Of a stretch of 64,000 nt of DNA, positions 25,011 to 38,690 are shown piece after piece. Position numbers and translations under genes: made by a program. The notes under the pieces are model-generated. The model made no database searches. It saw nothing but the letters and a program-made list of their open reading frames with translations, and was not told where the DNA came from. Position 1 is the stretch's first letter; the number at the start of each line of letters is the position of its first letter. The DNA is from Camelus dromedarius (lineage: Eukaryota): the NCBI RefSeq assembly GCF_036321535.1, contig NC_087437.1, positions 28,584,001 to 28,648,000 on the forward strand, given 5' to 3'.

Positions 25011-25941
25011 AAGCCAAAAAGCAAAAAGGGAAAAAATAAATACCTGACTTCCCCCATAAGGACACCTATGAGGTAGATTTAGGAGAAAACATAAACATAG
25101 CTCATCATGGAAGCCTCATGCTGGGAAGCTAGGAGTTAATTCTTATAGGTAACAATTTTAAACATACAGGTTTTGGAGTTTTCCTGAAAAATAAAACAAA
25201 GTAATCTTTTTTGTGAGTTGCAAAATTTTTCCTCTTACCAAAAAGTTCTAATAAATAAGCAAAATAAGTGTAGAAAGAAATACTTTACACCTGATTAACT
25301 TAAAATTTATAAATAAATAAAAGGAGGAAAGTATATTATTCTTCAGTTTTACTATTCCCCAAATACCTAACTAATATCACAAGTGAGACAGCAGAACGGA
25401 AACTTCGGAGAATGGGTAGCATAATACAAACCACAGCAACAAGCCATTTGCCAAAACCATATCCATGAAAGCTGAGGCGTGGCCTCAGTTGAGGATGATT
25501 CAGTATTTGCTGTGACCCAGAGAGCACGAACCACGCTATTTATGAAACACGAGGTAGAAATTCATTGCGGAGACATGTAGCATGTTTTGTTTTAAAAACA
25601 CTTTTGGGGGGCCAAGCTAGAGGATATGTCTGTAAGAATTAGTAACCCAGGGTCACAAATCTATGGCCATGGTTATCTCCAAAAATGTGTTTGTCAAGAT
25701 TATATTCCCAATGAAAGAAATGCCCAAGATTGTTCAGGCGCACATTTTCTTGATTTTTTTCCCCTCTTTGTTTGGGTTCTGCATTTTTTTTTTCAGATAG
25801 TTTCTTATCATTTTGTTTCTGTGTACTTTTTTTTTTTTCTTTTTAACCAACTGCAGAAAATGTGGGCAGAGTGCATTTCCAGCAGATGTCAGTGTTGCTG
25901 TTTGATGTGATCTAGGACGTTCTCTCAACCCAGGGCCTTAC

Positions 25942-26048
25942 CTTAAAGATGAGCACAGTACTGTGCAGATCCTCAGTTCTTCTGAAGCGTGGAAAGTTCT
26001 TCTGGAGAACTCTGTTCTTTTGTGGAGCATTTTGTGAGAAGCATGTTT
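25942..26048 (-). other. Candidate internal exon (107 nt) of an unidentified transcript
   Basis: Acceptor tatttcctaacctgcag| and donor AAG|GTAAGG on the minus strand. Confidence 0.3.
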
Positions 26049-26634
26049 CTGCAGGTTAGGAAATAGATACGGCTTTAATAGCTTTCTTCTATCTCTTGGA
26101 GATTTAACTCTTTTTAGTTATATATAAATTATATGCATTTATTCTTCCTCTTGCTCCAGAAAGTATATTCACTACCTATTCTTCTCTCTGAATTTCTTCT
26201 CAGAAGGATGATATTTCTTGGCTTGAAGAATTTCCATGTGTTTATCTCAGAAAAATATAGCACCTACCAGATACCAAAGGAACAGAACAGCCCAGCTGCC
26301 TTAAAGAAAAGTCTTGTAATTACAGGGTTAAGGTCTATCACAAGGTATGGATGAGTTACTAAGAAAGCACAGAAGACAGGGCAACAAATACTTCTGGAGG
26401 AGGAGAAGGACGCTTTACTGAGGAAGGGATCTGGAGCTTTGGAAGATGAGTATGAGCTTTCCAAGGGAGTGTTTTTGGAGAAGAGACACAAAATTTTAAT
26501 GAAAGATGGTCATGCGTATAATTTCAGTACAGGTGATTTTAGATCACAGTCCTGATTCTTGGAGGACTACCTGAATTATATTCAAGTAGTTAAGAATAGT
26601 CTGGGACTAGAGATGATTTAATAAATGATTAAGA

Positions 26635-26865
26635 ACATAAACTTAGGAGTTTAGAGTCTACCTAGATTCAAATTCTTGCTTTTCAATCATCTGGTTAAAA
26701 TTTAGGGGAAAAAAGTTAACATTATTTTGCATCAGGTTCTTCATCTGGAAATGAGATAAAAATGACACCAACACTTCATCAAATTGTTAAGAAGGTTGAA
26801 TGACATAAATATAAAGTACTTAGTACTGTTTGTGGCTCATAGCAAGTGTTCAAAATGTTAGCTAT
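26635..26865 (+). mobile_element. MIR SINE
   Basis: cctagattcaaattcttgct, tcttcatctggaaatgagata, cttagtactgtttgtggctcatag. Confidence 0.6.
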
Positions 26866-26881
26866 GATTAGTAACTATTTT

Positions 26882-26986
26882 TTTACATCTTTTATTGAGT
26901 TATAGTCATTTTACAATGTTGTGTCAAATTCCAGTGTAGAGCACAATTTTTCAGTTCTACATGAACATGTGTATATTCATTGTCAC

Positions 26987-27017
<31 letters not shown>

Positions 27018-27054
27018 GAGCTACCATAAGATCTTGTATATATTTCCCTGTGCT
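26882..27054 (-). mobile_element. Young 5'-truncated L1 3' end (camelid-type)
   Basis: ttttattgagttatagtcattttacaatgttgtgtc...ttccctgtgct with perfect 16-bp TSD GATTAGTAACTATTTT (26866-26881 and 27055-27070). Confidence 0.9.
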
Positions 27055-27749
27055 GATTAGTAACTATTTTATCTCATCAGGAACAATGAAAAAATATACA
27101 AGAAAGTTGACATTGAGTAGAGGCACTTAGATTTTAATTGTGAAAATAAGTGGACCAATCTTATTTTTATCATTAGATCACCAGTGTTTGACATTTGTGC
27201 AGAATTTACTCTGTCCTTTGGGATAGAGAACAAGTCAAAACAAGCATTTCAAGCAGCAGTCAGTTCTGCATGTCTTGCTGTGTGGCTTTGGATCACAGTC
27301 ACGTGTTATCAGTGAAAAGACCAACTCTGGTTCAAGAGCACACCAGCAGAAAGGCAGACAAAGGGCAGAATGTGAGGAATCTCTTCTGTGCCACAACAGT
27401 GCTCACACAGGGAAGCACTGATCTTCCATCAGGGTTATTGAGGATTTTGACAGTAGGAGCCTGGAAGGCAGCATCCCACTTGAAAAGGCTCAGCACTTAG
27501 GAGTCTGGTTTCCCTCTTGTCTTGTGAAGAGGGGTGACTCCTTTTCTAAGTCAGCAACTAAGAATGAAGTGCACTGGTTGAAGGAGAGAATTGCAATCAT
27601 ACCCTTAGTTTCCAAGTTTACTGACGAGGAGGTCTCCCTCATCGCGAGGCAGGCAAATGCTAGGGCTTGTGAAAGTGTGGTTGACGATATGATTCATGCT
27701 TATATTTATTTCATTACAGTGATAACACTCGGAAAAAAAAATTAAGTAA

Positions 27750-28570
27750 AAGGGGAGCAAAAGGAACTCTCATTCTTCGTTGATGGAAACGCAAAATGGC
27801 ACAGCCACTTTGGAAGGCAATATGGTGGTTTCTTACAAAACTAAACATACTCTTACCATCTAACCAGCAATTGTGCTCTTTGGTATTTACCCAAAAGAAG
27901 AGAAAACTTAAGTCCACACAAAAATCTGCACACACATGTTTTCACTGCTTTATTCATAATTGCTGAAACTCAGAAGCAACCACGATGTCCTTTAGTAGGT
28001 GAATGGGTAAAGAAACCGTGGGACATCTATGTATTCCAAACAGTGCAATATTATTCAATACTAAAAAAGAAATGAGCTATCAAGCCAGGAAAAGACAAGG
28101 ACGGAACTTGAATGCATATTACTAAGGGAAGGAAGCCAATCTGAAAAGTCTACATGCTGCATGGTTCCAGCTATATGACATTCTGGAAAAGGCAAAAGCA
28201 TGGAGACAACAAAGAATTTAGTGGTTGTCAGGGGTGGAGGGTGGTGAAGGATGAACAGGCAGAACCCAGAGGATTTTTTTAAAGCAGTGAAATACTCTGT
28301 ATGATATTATAATGGTGGGTACATGTCATAATTTGTTTAAGCCCAAAGAATATATGATGCCAAGAGTGAACCCTTAAGTAAACTCTGGACTTTTGGGTGA
28401 TTATGATGTCAGTGTAGGTTCATCCTTGGTACCAAATGTGCCACTCTGCAAACAATACTGATAACGGGAGAAGCTATGCCTACGTAGGGAGAAGGTGGAT
28501 GGCAGTCTCTGTACGTTTCTCTCAATTTGGTGTGTGTATGTGAATTTAAACCTGCTCTTTAAAAAAAGAG
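27750..28570 (+). mobile_element. L1MC-like 3' end
   Basis: cagccactttggaag, gtccacacaaaaatctgcacac, gacattctggaaaaggcaaa, gagtgaacccttaagtaaact. Confidence 0.85.
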
Positions 28571-29504
28571 AGAGAGAAACATAGTTTTGACTTAAAGACA
28601 GACAAGTTTTTACGGAAAAGAAATTTTGTCACAGGAGATATTTTATGGGGAACAGAGAGTAACGGAATTAAAAATATCCCCAACAATTGTTTCACAGGTT
28701 TCCTACCTTTTAGCTTAGTTTATGTGTATTTGGAGAAGCAAGATGGTTCTGCAAAGTTTTAAATACACCTTTGAATTCTTCTTTTCTTACATTCAAAGTC
28801 TAATGATTTATAACCCGAGTAATCCATCCTCTTTACCGCTCCCCCTTCTGACTGCACACCATCTCCCAGGTGTATGAGCCTGGGTGAGTTACTCCCAACC
28901 CGGACACCCTGCACCATTACTTTACATTCAAAATGAGAATTCATATTAGCCACTCTGTGGTTGGAATTTAGTTCCAAGTTTAGCAATTTGCCAAGAGAAA
29001 ATCATCTTTCCTCTGCCATGATCAGACTAAAGATGTTCACACAAATAGTTTTCATTGGCCCTGGAAGGAGTCAGTCAACTCAAGCTAATGAGAAGCACTG
29101 AAAATAAGCTATAGATCCCTTGGTTTAAAATTTGAAAATATGAATTAATTATCACTCAACACAGGTAACTTGTTTGACAGATGAAGTCATTCAACATGGA
29201 GAATATAGACAAATAGTAACAGGAGTTAAGTTATTGGAAGCTTCAGCTCTGAAAATGGGTAAAATTTGGGGTGGAAAATATGGGATTTGCCTTACCTTTC
29301 CTGCCCTTGGCTCTGGGACGAAAGCCCTGGGTAAGAATCCTGGTTTCTCTCCCCTGGGCACCACTAACCTTCCTCAAATAACATGTGTGCAAACATGTAT
29401 CTTTATTTTTCCCTATAAATTAACTTTCTTCATTCAAAGACTTAAAAAAAAAAAAGCCTTCTTTCTGGTTGATGTAAAAACCACAAGACAAAAATGAAAC
29501 CTAC

Positions 29505-29610
29505 CTGATTCTAGTCACTCCCAGAAAAAGCTGCTCCATTTAGTGGCTGAGCTTTCACGGAGCAGTTCACACTGACATTCTTTTGTGACGACTGCGTTCT
29601 CCAGCAGTGC
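29505..29610 (-). other. Candidate non-coding exon (106 nt)
   Basis: ctgtccctgcag| acceptor and CAG|GTAGGT donor; stop codons in all three frames. Confidence 0.25.
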
Positions 29611-30719
29611 CTGCAGGGACAGCTGTGCACACATTTGCTGCTCCAGACCCCTCATCTTGGCTGAAGGAACCAACTCCAGGTTTACACTGATTACTCCCTC
29701 TCTCATCCACCTTCTGCACCCTTTCTCTTGAGCACAGAGAAGTCTTAGCTTTTCTTGCACGCCCCTCTAGGGTATCCAGAAGCTACATTTTGTATCTAAC
29801 AATCCTCAGACTCCTGGATTCTAGCTTCCACACCATATGGTGGAAGGACACCAGCAAGGCTGGGGATCGCCAGAATCCAGAAAGGACTGATGAATCATCC
29901 TCCATCCTGAGATGTTTACTGCTAACCCAAAGTCCACCCAGATACATCCTGGGTTGAAGACAGGAAGCCGGGCAGAGAAGATCGAATGTCAAAATGTTCT
30001 CAATTCCCCTCCACACTTTCTACAAGCTTGGTCTGGTCTGTAGCTGTGTGGAAGTAGGAAAAACTAGCTCTGGCTGATAACCGATCATTTCCTAAATTAG
30101 CCTGTCTTAAACTTCTATGGTAGGTTCCATCAGAAAGCTACGAACTTTCCATCTTTGATCGCTCCTTGATTTCAGATGCCTCTTCAGTGGGCAAGACAGA
30201 CCGTATCTCTTAGACGAAAAGAACATCTCAAATTATTATCCACCGTATTAGTTTCTTAAAATGGTCTAGAAACTGGTGAAGTTGTAAGGATAATCTCATG
30301 TCACATGAGAAAATTAAACACTTGCAGGGGCTTTTGTAAGAGGGAAACTATCTTAAACTCAATTGTTTCTGGCATATACTTTGGGATAGAAGTTTTATAA
30401 CTTACATATAACATAAATTCTCTATAAAATATTTTACTTCCTGCAATAAAAATATTCTCTGAATAGCAAGAAGAGACATTATTTTCTTTCTTTTTGTTGT
30501 GACAGCTCTGTATCACGTGCATCTGAGCATTAAAAAGAGAGAGAGAGAGAATACTGTAGGTATAAAGTATAAAGGATACACTTGAGACATGTACAAACCA
30601 AACAGCCTTAAAAGTTGTCTTGCTACCGATTTGGCGTATTAGTTCAGAACAGTATGTATTTTTAGAAGTGGAGAAAAAAATATCCTGCAGTTTCAGTATC
30701 CGCCAGAAAATGCAATTAT

Positions 30720-30950
30720 TCCATAATGATAATTGCTATCCCGTACCAAGTGCTACAGTGAACTAGACGCTGTGCTCTGCTTTTTCTGAAAACAATTTTA
30801 AAATTAATCTTCACAACTAACCTATTGGAGTAGGTATTTTTACATACATTTGGGAGATGGGGAAACTGAGGCACAGAGAGGACAAATGCTTTGGCAAATA
30901 CAGCATTAATAATTAACCAAAAATTCAAAAGAGGTCGTTCTGACTCCAGT
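30720..30950 (-). mobile_element. MIR SINE
   Basis: Core agatggggaaactgaggcacagagagg. Confidence 0.75.
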
Positions 30951-32141
30951 GAGCTTCAGAAAACCTTTGGATTTGCAAAACAAATATCACTGGTCTTGGT
31001 CAATTTCAAATTCTGGTTAACTTGATTTGTAACTGTTTTATTAGTTTTTAATATAAAATGTTCACAGTTATTTGAATCCACAAAAATATTTATAAAAATT
31101 ATGCAGCTGGTTTACCCAGTCAGCATTAGTTTGGGTTACATCAGGAAGTAAAATCTGTTTTAATATCAATTTCACATTTTTAGGGAGAGACCAAGTAAAA
31201 TGTTTAATTAGAAAGATTCATTGATTCATTTGGATGCTTGAGCACATTTTGCAAAAAACCACTTCTAGTTATTTGAGTTGTATTGATCAAAAAAATTACT
31301 TACAAAGAATAATTAATAAAAGAGAGAAGAGATCCATCATTAATCACTAATGTATAATATTTTAAGCTCAATCAGTCATATTTTTGATTTTTATATTTAA
31401 TGTATGTGAAACTGATGTTTGTAACTTTTTTCCTATAAAATCATGCTTTGATATTTCGGCAAATTTGGGTGAGGCAGGTTCATCTTAATCTTGAATATTT
31501 TCTAGCATTGAGCAGCCCTATGGTGCTCCTTCATAATGCAAAATATTTATTTGCTTCCATAAAAGATGGACAAGCTGTATCTAAAACCATGTGTCCTATA
31601 GTTTGGGGAAAATAGACCTTGAAATTTATATTTGAATCATCCAAATAATTTATATTTGAACCAGGGCAAAGCTCAAGCAAGTACACTTATCAGCTTGTCT
31701 ATAACCTCCAGACCTGTCACTTGTTAAATGCTCAGCAGTGGTGCCATTACAAGTGGGGATCGGGTGCTTACTGTTTACAAATAAATTCAACTCATGATGC
31801 TATGTTGACACTGTAGTTAATTTACCTCTCAGTTCCATGGTTCTTAGGCAAAGTGATATGTGAATACATATCGTAGGAATAAACAGAGTTGGTTCTGGGG
31901 GTTGTTTTTTCCTGAGAAACGAAGTTTAGAGGAAAAGAGAATCTGATACCTTCTGTTAGAACTCCACTTTATGAATTTTATACAAAAGATAACACTTACT
32001 TTAGAGAGATCTTTTGTGCTTTTTAGTTTCATTTTCCAGAGGAGACTATCAGAATTTCTGAGTCTCCCAAGTCTAAGACAAGCATGTGTGATGTTTCCTC
32101 ATTTAGCATCAAGGAAACAAAGATCAGCAAATCATGTGTCA

Positions 32142-32146
<5 letters not shown>

Positions 32147-32174
<28 letters not shown>

Positions 32175-32196
32175 CATGTCTGTGTATATGTGTGTG
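32147..32196. repeat. (TG)n microsatellite
   Basis: Direct read. Confidence 0.95.
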
Positions 32197-32679
32197 CTTT
32201 TATTAGATTACTTAAATTTATAATCTCATGTAATCAAAAAGGGACAGCTTTTTTATGTCATAGAGAAAAAACTTGCATGGGTACGTTTGCCTTCTAAGAG
32301 GTGCGGCAAATTCCTACCAGTGGGGATAGTAATCTGCCTGTTGCTCTCTTTTCTTCAGTTATCAAACTTCTAGAAGAGTATGCCACAAAGGCAAACGTCC
32401 TGCATATGTGAGACATTTTTGTTTTAGCCATTGATTCAGTCATGCAGAAGGGACTGAGTTCCGTATCTTGATCAACCCAAGTGAAAAGACACAAATAGCC
32501 TTGGGAGATGAGATGCAAGTCAGAATCTCAAGGGAGCAGGAATTATGAGCCAGGTGTGGTCACAGGAGCCTAAGTCCTGGCAGTGCACAGAAATCTTAAC
32601 GGGAAGATAAGGTCAAGGAGGCCGCAGGTGTGAGTGGGTGTACTCAAATCTGTGCGATGTATTTATGCACGTGTAATAC

Positions 32680-33076
32680 TGTCGTAGGAGTCTGACCCCA
32701 TGTTTTGAAGGTTGCCTACTGACAGCTTTAAGCCTCTCCCCTCCTTTTTCCGCCCTTTGCCCCACATACGGGCGAGCTGATAAGAAAGCCTGGTACTCCC
32801 TCTTGTGGCTCCTGCGGGAAATTCAAGCCACACACAGGAATTCTCACAGCAGCCCCGCCCCATCACTACCATTACAAACCCCAAGCCTGTCTCCTTCTCC
32901 CTCTCTCAAGTCACTTTTTGACCTGCTGGGGAGCGGGGGCACCTGCTCTCTCCCCACAGCCTCATTATTTAACGCGTCTTTTTGACTTTCTTGGTGCACG
33001 TGCGGCATCATCGGTCTCAGTATTTAAACCAGATATCAGGTGTTGGTCCCTTGACCCCTGCAGAGCGACCAAAACA
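32680..33076 (+). mobile_element. Solo ERVL-type LTR (MER54/MER73-like)
   Basis: TGTCGTAGG...CCAAAACA with 5-bp near-TSD AATAC/AATAT. Confidence 0.7.
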
Positions 33077-35335
33077 AATATGCATGTACCTCTGAGTATA
33101 TACATACATTTAGATTTCAGGTTTGGATTGAATTTATATGGAGGACATTTTCTTGTAACTCTAAGAAAGAGATCTCAAAACTCATGTGAAAGGAGAGATC
33201 TGAGTGATCTAAGTATTTCTCCCATGTCCATGTTTAACACACACATTGGGGAAACAGTAAATAGCCAAGCAAATTCCAAAATAAAAATCATTTTGGAAAT
33301 TAAAGAGCTTCTGAGAAGAGAGATGGTCACTTTTAAAGTAGCACCTAGCACATAAGTTTTCCCTTTCTTCTAAATGTCAGAGAGATTTTAACCCTCTACC
33401 CATTGCTACAGATATAAAGTGGAGTCTTAGAGGACTCTGGCAGGACTAACATAAGTTCTCGAACTTGTGTGTCTCTAGACAGAACCAGATCAAGAATAGA
33501 AATAGAACCAAATGTTCTTGAAGTCTATACATGAAAACTGTTACAGATGGAGTTCCCAAGGATTACCTCTGTCAACTCTGGGGCAAGGTAGCTAGACATT
33601 TAGGGACAAAGTAGTATGATCAGATGTGCTGGGTGACATTTAATCACACAACGGCCAAGAAGAGAGTCATGTGGGTTTTATGAGGTGATAAGTGAGGGAG
33701 TTCAGGGAAGTCACCTGTCTAATATATGGCAGTCAAGAAAGGCACACTCTGATCATTTTTAATGCCATCAGTAATAATGTAGTTTCTCTAGAAAAAATAA
33801 AATTTTGAAAGCCTATCCACAATGGCTTTTCTGGAATATTCTACTTCTAGAGAAGTCTCTGGGGTTGAGATCCTTGGCTAGATAGCCAATTTAAACCTTG
33901 AGCTTTCAGAGAAATAATTGTTCTTTTAAAAATATAATAAAATTCAACCAACTCTCTTAGGAGTTATTAACATTTCATTGCTGTATAAACGTTTAGCAGA
34001 AGCAGAAGGAAGAATTGGATTCAGGGGATAATTCTGACAGATTACAGTCTGAGGTCCTGTTAAAGGTTATCGAGAGTTATGTCCTCCAAGTGATTTATTC
34101 CAAAACACCAAACAGCCTGAAGAAGACTTAGCACTGCCATTTTAACCAGGTGAGCATTGGATTTTTAAAGCCCAAACAGATAATAATTATAATATAGGAG
34201 GCACTGGAAAGTATTTTAAAATCATCATGCCATTCAAAATCAGTCAACCTCAGGTATATCACTTGTTCCGTACATACCTTAAATATTCTTTCCACCATCT
34301 CTTAGTGAATAAAGAAAATTAGATAAAGCCACTCTAGCTCCTAAATGTGGTGCATTTTGGAAATTATACTCTTCTTGAAAGTAGCAAATGAAGTCACTTT
34401 AGTTATGCCAAGAGAAAGATTGTGATTACGTGAGAATGGTTTTCAATCCATCTGCAGAAAGCAATAATATGAACAAACGGGATAGGAGAATAGAAGTGTG
34501 TTTCATTGGGCACCTCCTTAAACCATGAAATCAGAAACAACTGATTATAAAGGACTCTACAAAACAAACTGCTTCTGAAGAGGGAGCACTGATATATAAC
34601 TGTGCCTACATCAGTGCTGGATGAAAAAGTAATAAATCGCTATCCATACCTACTTTGAAGAAAGAACCTACAGGTAAAGGGAAGAAATGGAAATCAAGGC
34701 TGTAGCTAATTATGTTAAGAGGCTGGAGCCTAAAAGTACAAAAGGGTATTTTTCAGGGAGGTTATTAGGCTTGTGGGAGTCAGAATCCAATCGTGTTAAC
34801 AGTATGAGGTTCTTTTTTCTTTTCCTCCATCAATTATATAAGCTTGTTTCAGGAATTTACACAATGAATATAGTCAAGGTACAGAGATTTTGGAGGACAG
34901 GGAATTGTCCAGAGATGCACTAAGAGTAATTTAGTCTACACTGGAAAGTTTCCGAGGTATAAGTACTTGTTAGAAGTTCTAAAATAGATTCTTTTCTTCC
35001 AAACAAAGTCTTGGCAAGAATGAGGTAGTTTAGTAACTCACGGGAATGATGGAGCCTGAGCAAAACATTTGGCAGCATTTGACTTATTCCACATGCAAAT
35101 CAAGTCTTGGAAAACAAACACAGAAATAGCAACTATCTGTTGAGCACTTACTATGCACCAAGAACTCTGTCATGTCCGCTACATATAAAATCCCATTTGA
35201 TCCAAGGAAAGCTTTAAGCACATTATTTCTAAAGATGAGGACGTTGTGATTCTGAGACCTTAAATAACTTCCTATGGATGGGAGACTGGGGTTAACGGAA
35301 GGAAGGCCTGCCTCTTACTCGGTCAAAGTCCCCTT

Positions 35336-35545
35336 TGCTGAGTCACGTGGATACTGATGAAAATAGCTCTATACCTCCAGCTCTTCAGTCACGTGGAGAG
35401 GGAAACTATACCATTTGCGAGGGGGGTGGGGTGGGCTGGGGTTAGGTCACAAGTCTAAAGCTAAAGGCCTGAAATGTGGCAGGATGAGTCAGGCCATTCA
35501 CTGACAGCTTCCATGTGACAGGCTGTTTTTATAAACACTTCCTGT
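35336..35545. promoter_or_regulatory. Candidate enhancer (ARE/AP-1, two E-boxes, ETS)
   Basis: TGCTGAGTCAC at 35336; AGTCACGTGGA at 35341 and 35387; TGAGTCA at 35485; CACTTCCTGT at 35536; lies between two MIR fragments. Confidence 0.45.
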
Positions 35546-37689
35546 AGTTGGTTCGTAGTGGTTAATCGGGGTGGGTGTGGGGTCTAGTTTGGGCTTCGGC
35601 ACTTCCCAGCTGTATGACCTTTGCGACTTACCCTCTCTAAGTTTCTCGTCAGTCACCTCTGAGCTGGTAATGATGATGGTACCTACTGCACAGGATGGAC
35701 AAAAAGAATTAAATGAGATCATGAGTCTACTGTACACTCAGCTTATGTTCAGCAACTAGACGTAAAAGGCTGGTTTCTGTGAGCAAGAAGTAGGTTGCTG
35801 AACAGAAGACTACAAGGGCTTTAAAAAGTCAATCACTTGATCATTAAAATATGATTACAAATATTTCTTTGTTGCTCAGCATCAGAGAAGTCTATAAAGA
35901 GCTCATTCCCAAGGACATAGGACATAAAAAGACAATTTTCAAAAGACAGTATAATAAAAAAATGAAAAGCATTTAAACGGAGTTTGTCATCAAAGAAATG
36001 TACAGTGTAATATTTATTATTTATTAAATCAGTCACCCTCAAAAAGATAAAACTCAATGATTTAAAAAGCAAAAGTAAAGAAAGTAACTTTATATGTTTC
36101 TGATAAAGGAAACATTTTCAAATAATATTTTTCAAAGAATATAAAATATAATGTTAATCTTTAAACATCAAATCTACTTCTGGGAGTTTCTGCTAAGGAA
36201 ATTATCAAAAAATGGGAAATCAACATAGATATAAATTTTTTATCATAGTATTATTTAATTGAGAAAAACCGGGAATAGTCTAATTACCCAACAAAAACAC
36301 TGTTTGCAACAACCATGGTCTTATCTCTTCCTGGCATATTAAATACCAGTTAAAATTAAGGTTATAAACACAATGTGGCCTTGTGGTGAGGCTTAGAAAA
36401 AAAGGAAAGTGTGATAAAAATTTTGTGTGTTGACTAATTAAGGCAAAATGAGACAGATGCCCAGGGAAAAAAAAAATAATTGCAAGAAAATTCAGAATGT
36501 TCACAGTTGGGTTAGGGTAATAGAATTTGGGATCATTACTCTTTTTTAAAAACTTAGCTATAATTTCAATATTAATTGTATAATATTTAAAAAAAACACC
36601 CTGATTTCATTAAAACTGTGTGAGTAATAGTGTTAAGATGGTAACTGTTCTCAGCCTTACATAGTATTGGCAACTCTATGACTAATTGTTTCCTGAGTTC
36701 AGAACATGACATTCATTACTGTGTTTTTTATATGAATAAAGCCAAGAAAACATCAGAACCAAGTAATAAAATTCACCCCTTCAGATATTTTTGCTTGTTA
36801 TTTTTTGAATTATTTTAATCAAATAAATACTTTCTCAAAACAAGTCAAATATGTGCAGTAAGACGAATTATGCATAGGTATCAGTGCATTATTCACTATG
36901 CCAAAATGCACCCCAAATGATTGATATCTTTAATTTCATACGTCTATGGACATTGACAATTTGTTTTCTCCAAGTCTAGATATAATCTCTTGTCACTGGG
37001 AAGGTTCTTTAGAAGAGACAGTAACAATATGAGTACTGCTATTTTCTTGCCAAAAAAAATTTTTTTTTAAAGTACATTTGACATCTCATTGACAGAATCG
37101 ATTTTTCTTCTTAACACTACTGTTATTACTGAATGTTTGGAATCTTTTGCTTTTTACTTAGTTTCTCTCTTTGAAGCTCACTGTAGGATTTTGAATTAAA
37201 TAGTAAGGATACGGATGAAAGAATGTAGAAAAAAGCACATAGGCAACTATTTTAGTGGATAGCCAGAAAGGGCTTTGTTTCACAAGGTCTCCTTCTACTA
37301 ACAGGGGAAGCCCTGAGCCTACGGTAACAACATCGAAAACAATCAAGCCCAGTGCAGTTTAGCGTTTACTAAGGGTGATATGCAGCGCTAAGTGTGGTGG
37401 ACGGAAACAAAGACGGGTGAGGTGGTTTCTGGCAACAAGCATACATTCTAATAAGGAGGAGAATACATATCAACAACAACAGAAACATATAAGTGAGTGA
37501 TGGGATTCCATTTCTTTCAATTTTGCATGGCAAAATTTATATAAAAAATTTTTTTTTGCTAAGCAGTTTTAGAAAGTTTAAATTATAATGTTTTAAAAAT
37601 TGTTTTATAGTCTTTCCACTGCTTGTCATAGAAAGTTTGGGGAAAAGGGACAGATGACAAACAAAATCACCCACAGGCTTCAGCAGTCA

Positions 37690-38690
37690 TCAAAATGGAA
37701 TCAGCCCACTACAGTTTATCTTTCTCACTGATTACAAGCAAACACTCTGGACAAAATGCCAAAAACACACAACTACTGGAGAACTCTGAACATTAACAAT
37801 AACAAATAAATTGAGGAAGCAATATCAAAATTGAAAAATGACCCTTATAGGGTCAGTTTCTTTTTTCTTTTTTTCTTTTTGTTGGTTGGCAGAGGTAATC
37901 AGGTCTATTTATTACTTTATTTTAATGGCAATACTGGGGATTGAACCCAGGACCTCATGCATGCACTCCACCACTGAGCTATAACCTCCCCGCCTAGGGT
38001 CAGTTTCTTGATTATTTACCTCTCTTTTATCTTTATATTTTGATCAAGGGCAGCTTCAGTTTGTAAATGTGCTCTTGGTACAGGGAACACATTTCAGAGA
38101 GAAACTGTCTTTCTGACCAAAGAAACAAGAAAAGGGACCCATTTGTTCCAAGGGCAGCGCCTATTGTCCATAACTGCATCAGTGCAGATAACAGAAATTC
38201 CAAAAGAAGAAGAACAAAAGGTAAAACAAACCAGTTTCCAAGCCAGAGCAATAGGAAAGGGAACCCTGGGAAGTCAGAGAACCTGCAGAAAATTACAGAC
38301 AGGAGAGAATTGAAGCTGGGGATGCCTGGGTTCTGTGTATGAACCGACGCCAGTCCCCTGCTCAGCCATGAACTGGGCATATGTGGGACAGATCGAAAGC
38401 AATATAGCAAACGCTTTGAAAACGCAGCTGAACTCTACCCTTGGAACTCTACCCTAGGTTCAAGTTTCAGCCTAACTAGTATAATTGCCTTCTGAATCAA
38501 CCACCACGGAAACAAACCAGTTGTCTTCCATGGATTGTTACAGGGCTCAGCCTCTCATAACATAAGATGCAAAATGTCCAGGATGCAATCCAGAAATACT
38601 CAACATATAAAGAACCAGGACGCCATGAGAAATCCTTAAGGGAAAAATAATCAACAGATCAACAGATGGAAACTCCAAGATGAACTTGGA
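37690..38690 (+). mobile_element. Old L1 5'-region fragment (interrupted by a SINE)
   Basis: ctctggacaaaatg...ctggagaactctgaa; caaaatgtccaggatgcaatcc...aagaaccagga. Confidence 0.55.
37863..37994 (-). mobile_element. tRNA-derived SINE, vic-1 (camelid) type
   Basis: Minus strand GGGGAGGTTATAGCTCAGTGG (A box)...GGTTCAATCCCCAG (B box), CCTGATTACCTC tail, A-rich end; 15-bp TSD TAGGGTCAGTTTCTT (37848-37862 and 37995-38009). Confidence 0.9.

Noticed and set aside
33995..34680. Plus-strand exon-like segments ending CAG|GTGAGC and CAG|GTAAAG
   Set aside because: Weak acceptors, stops in the frames read and no recognisable protein.
37920..37994. tRNA gene
   Set aside because: A and B boxes belong to a SINE head with an internal deletion, tail and TSD.
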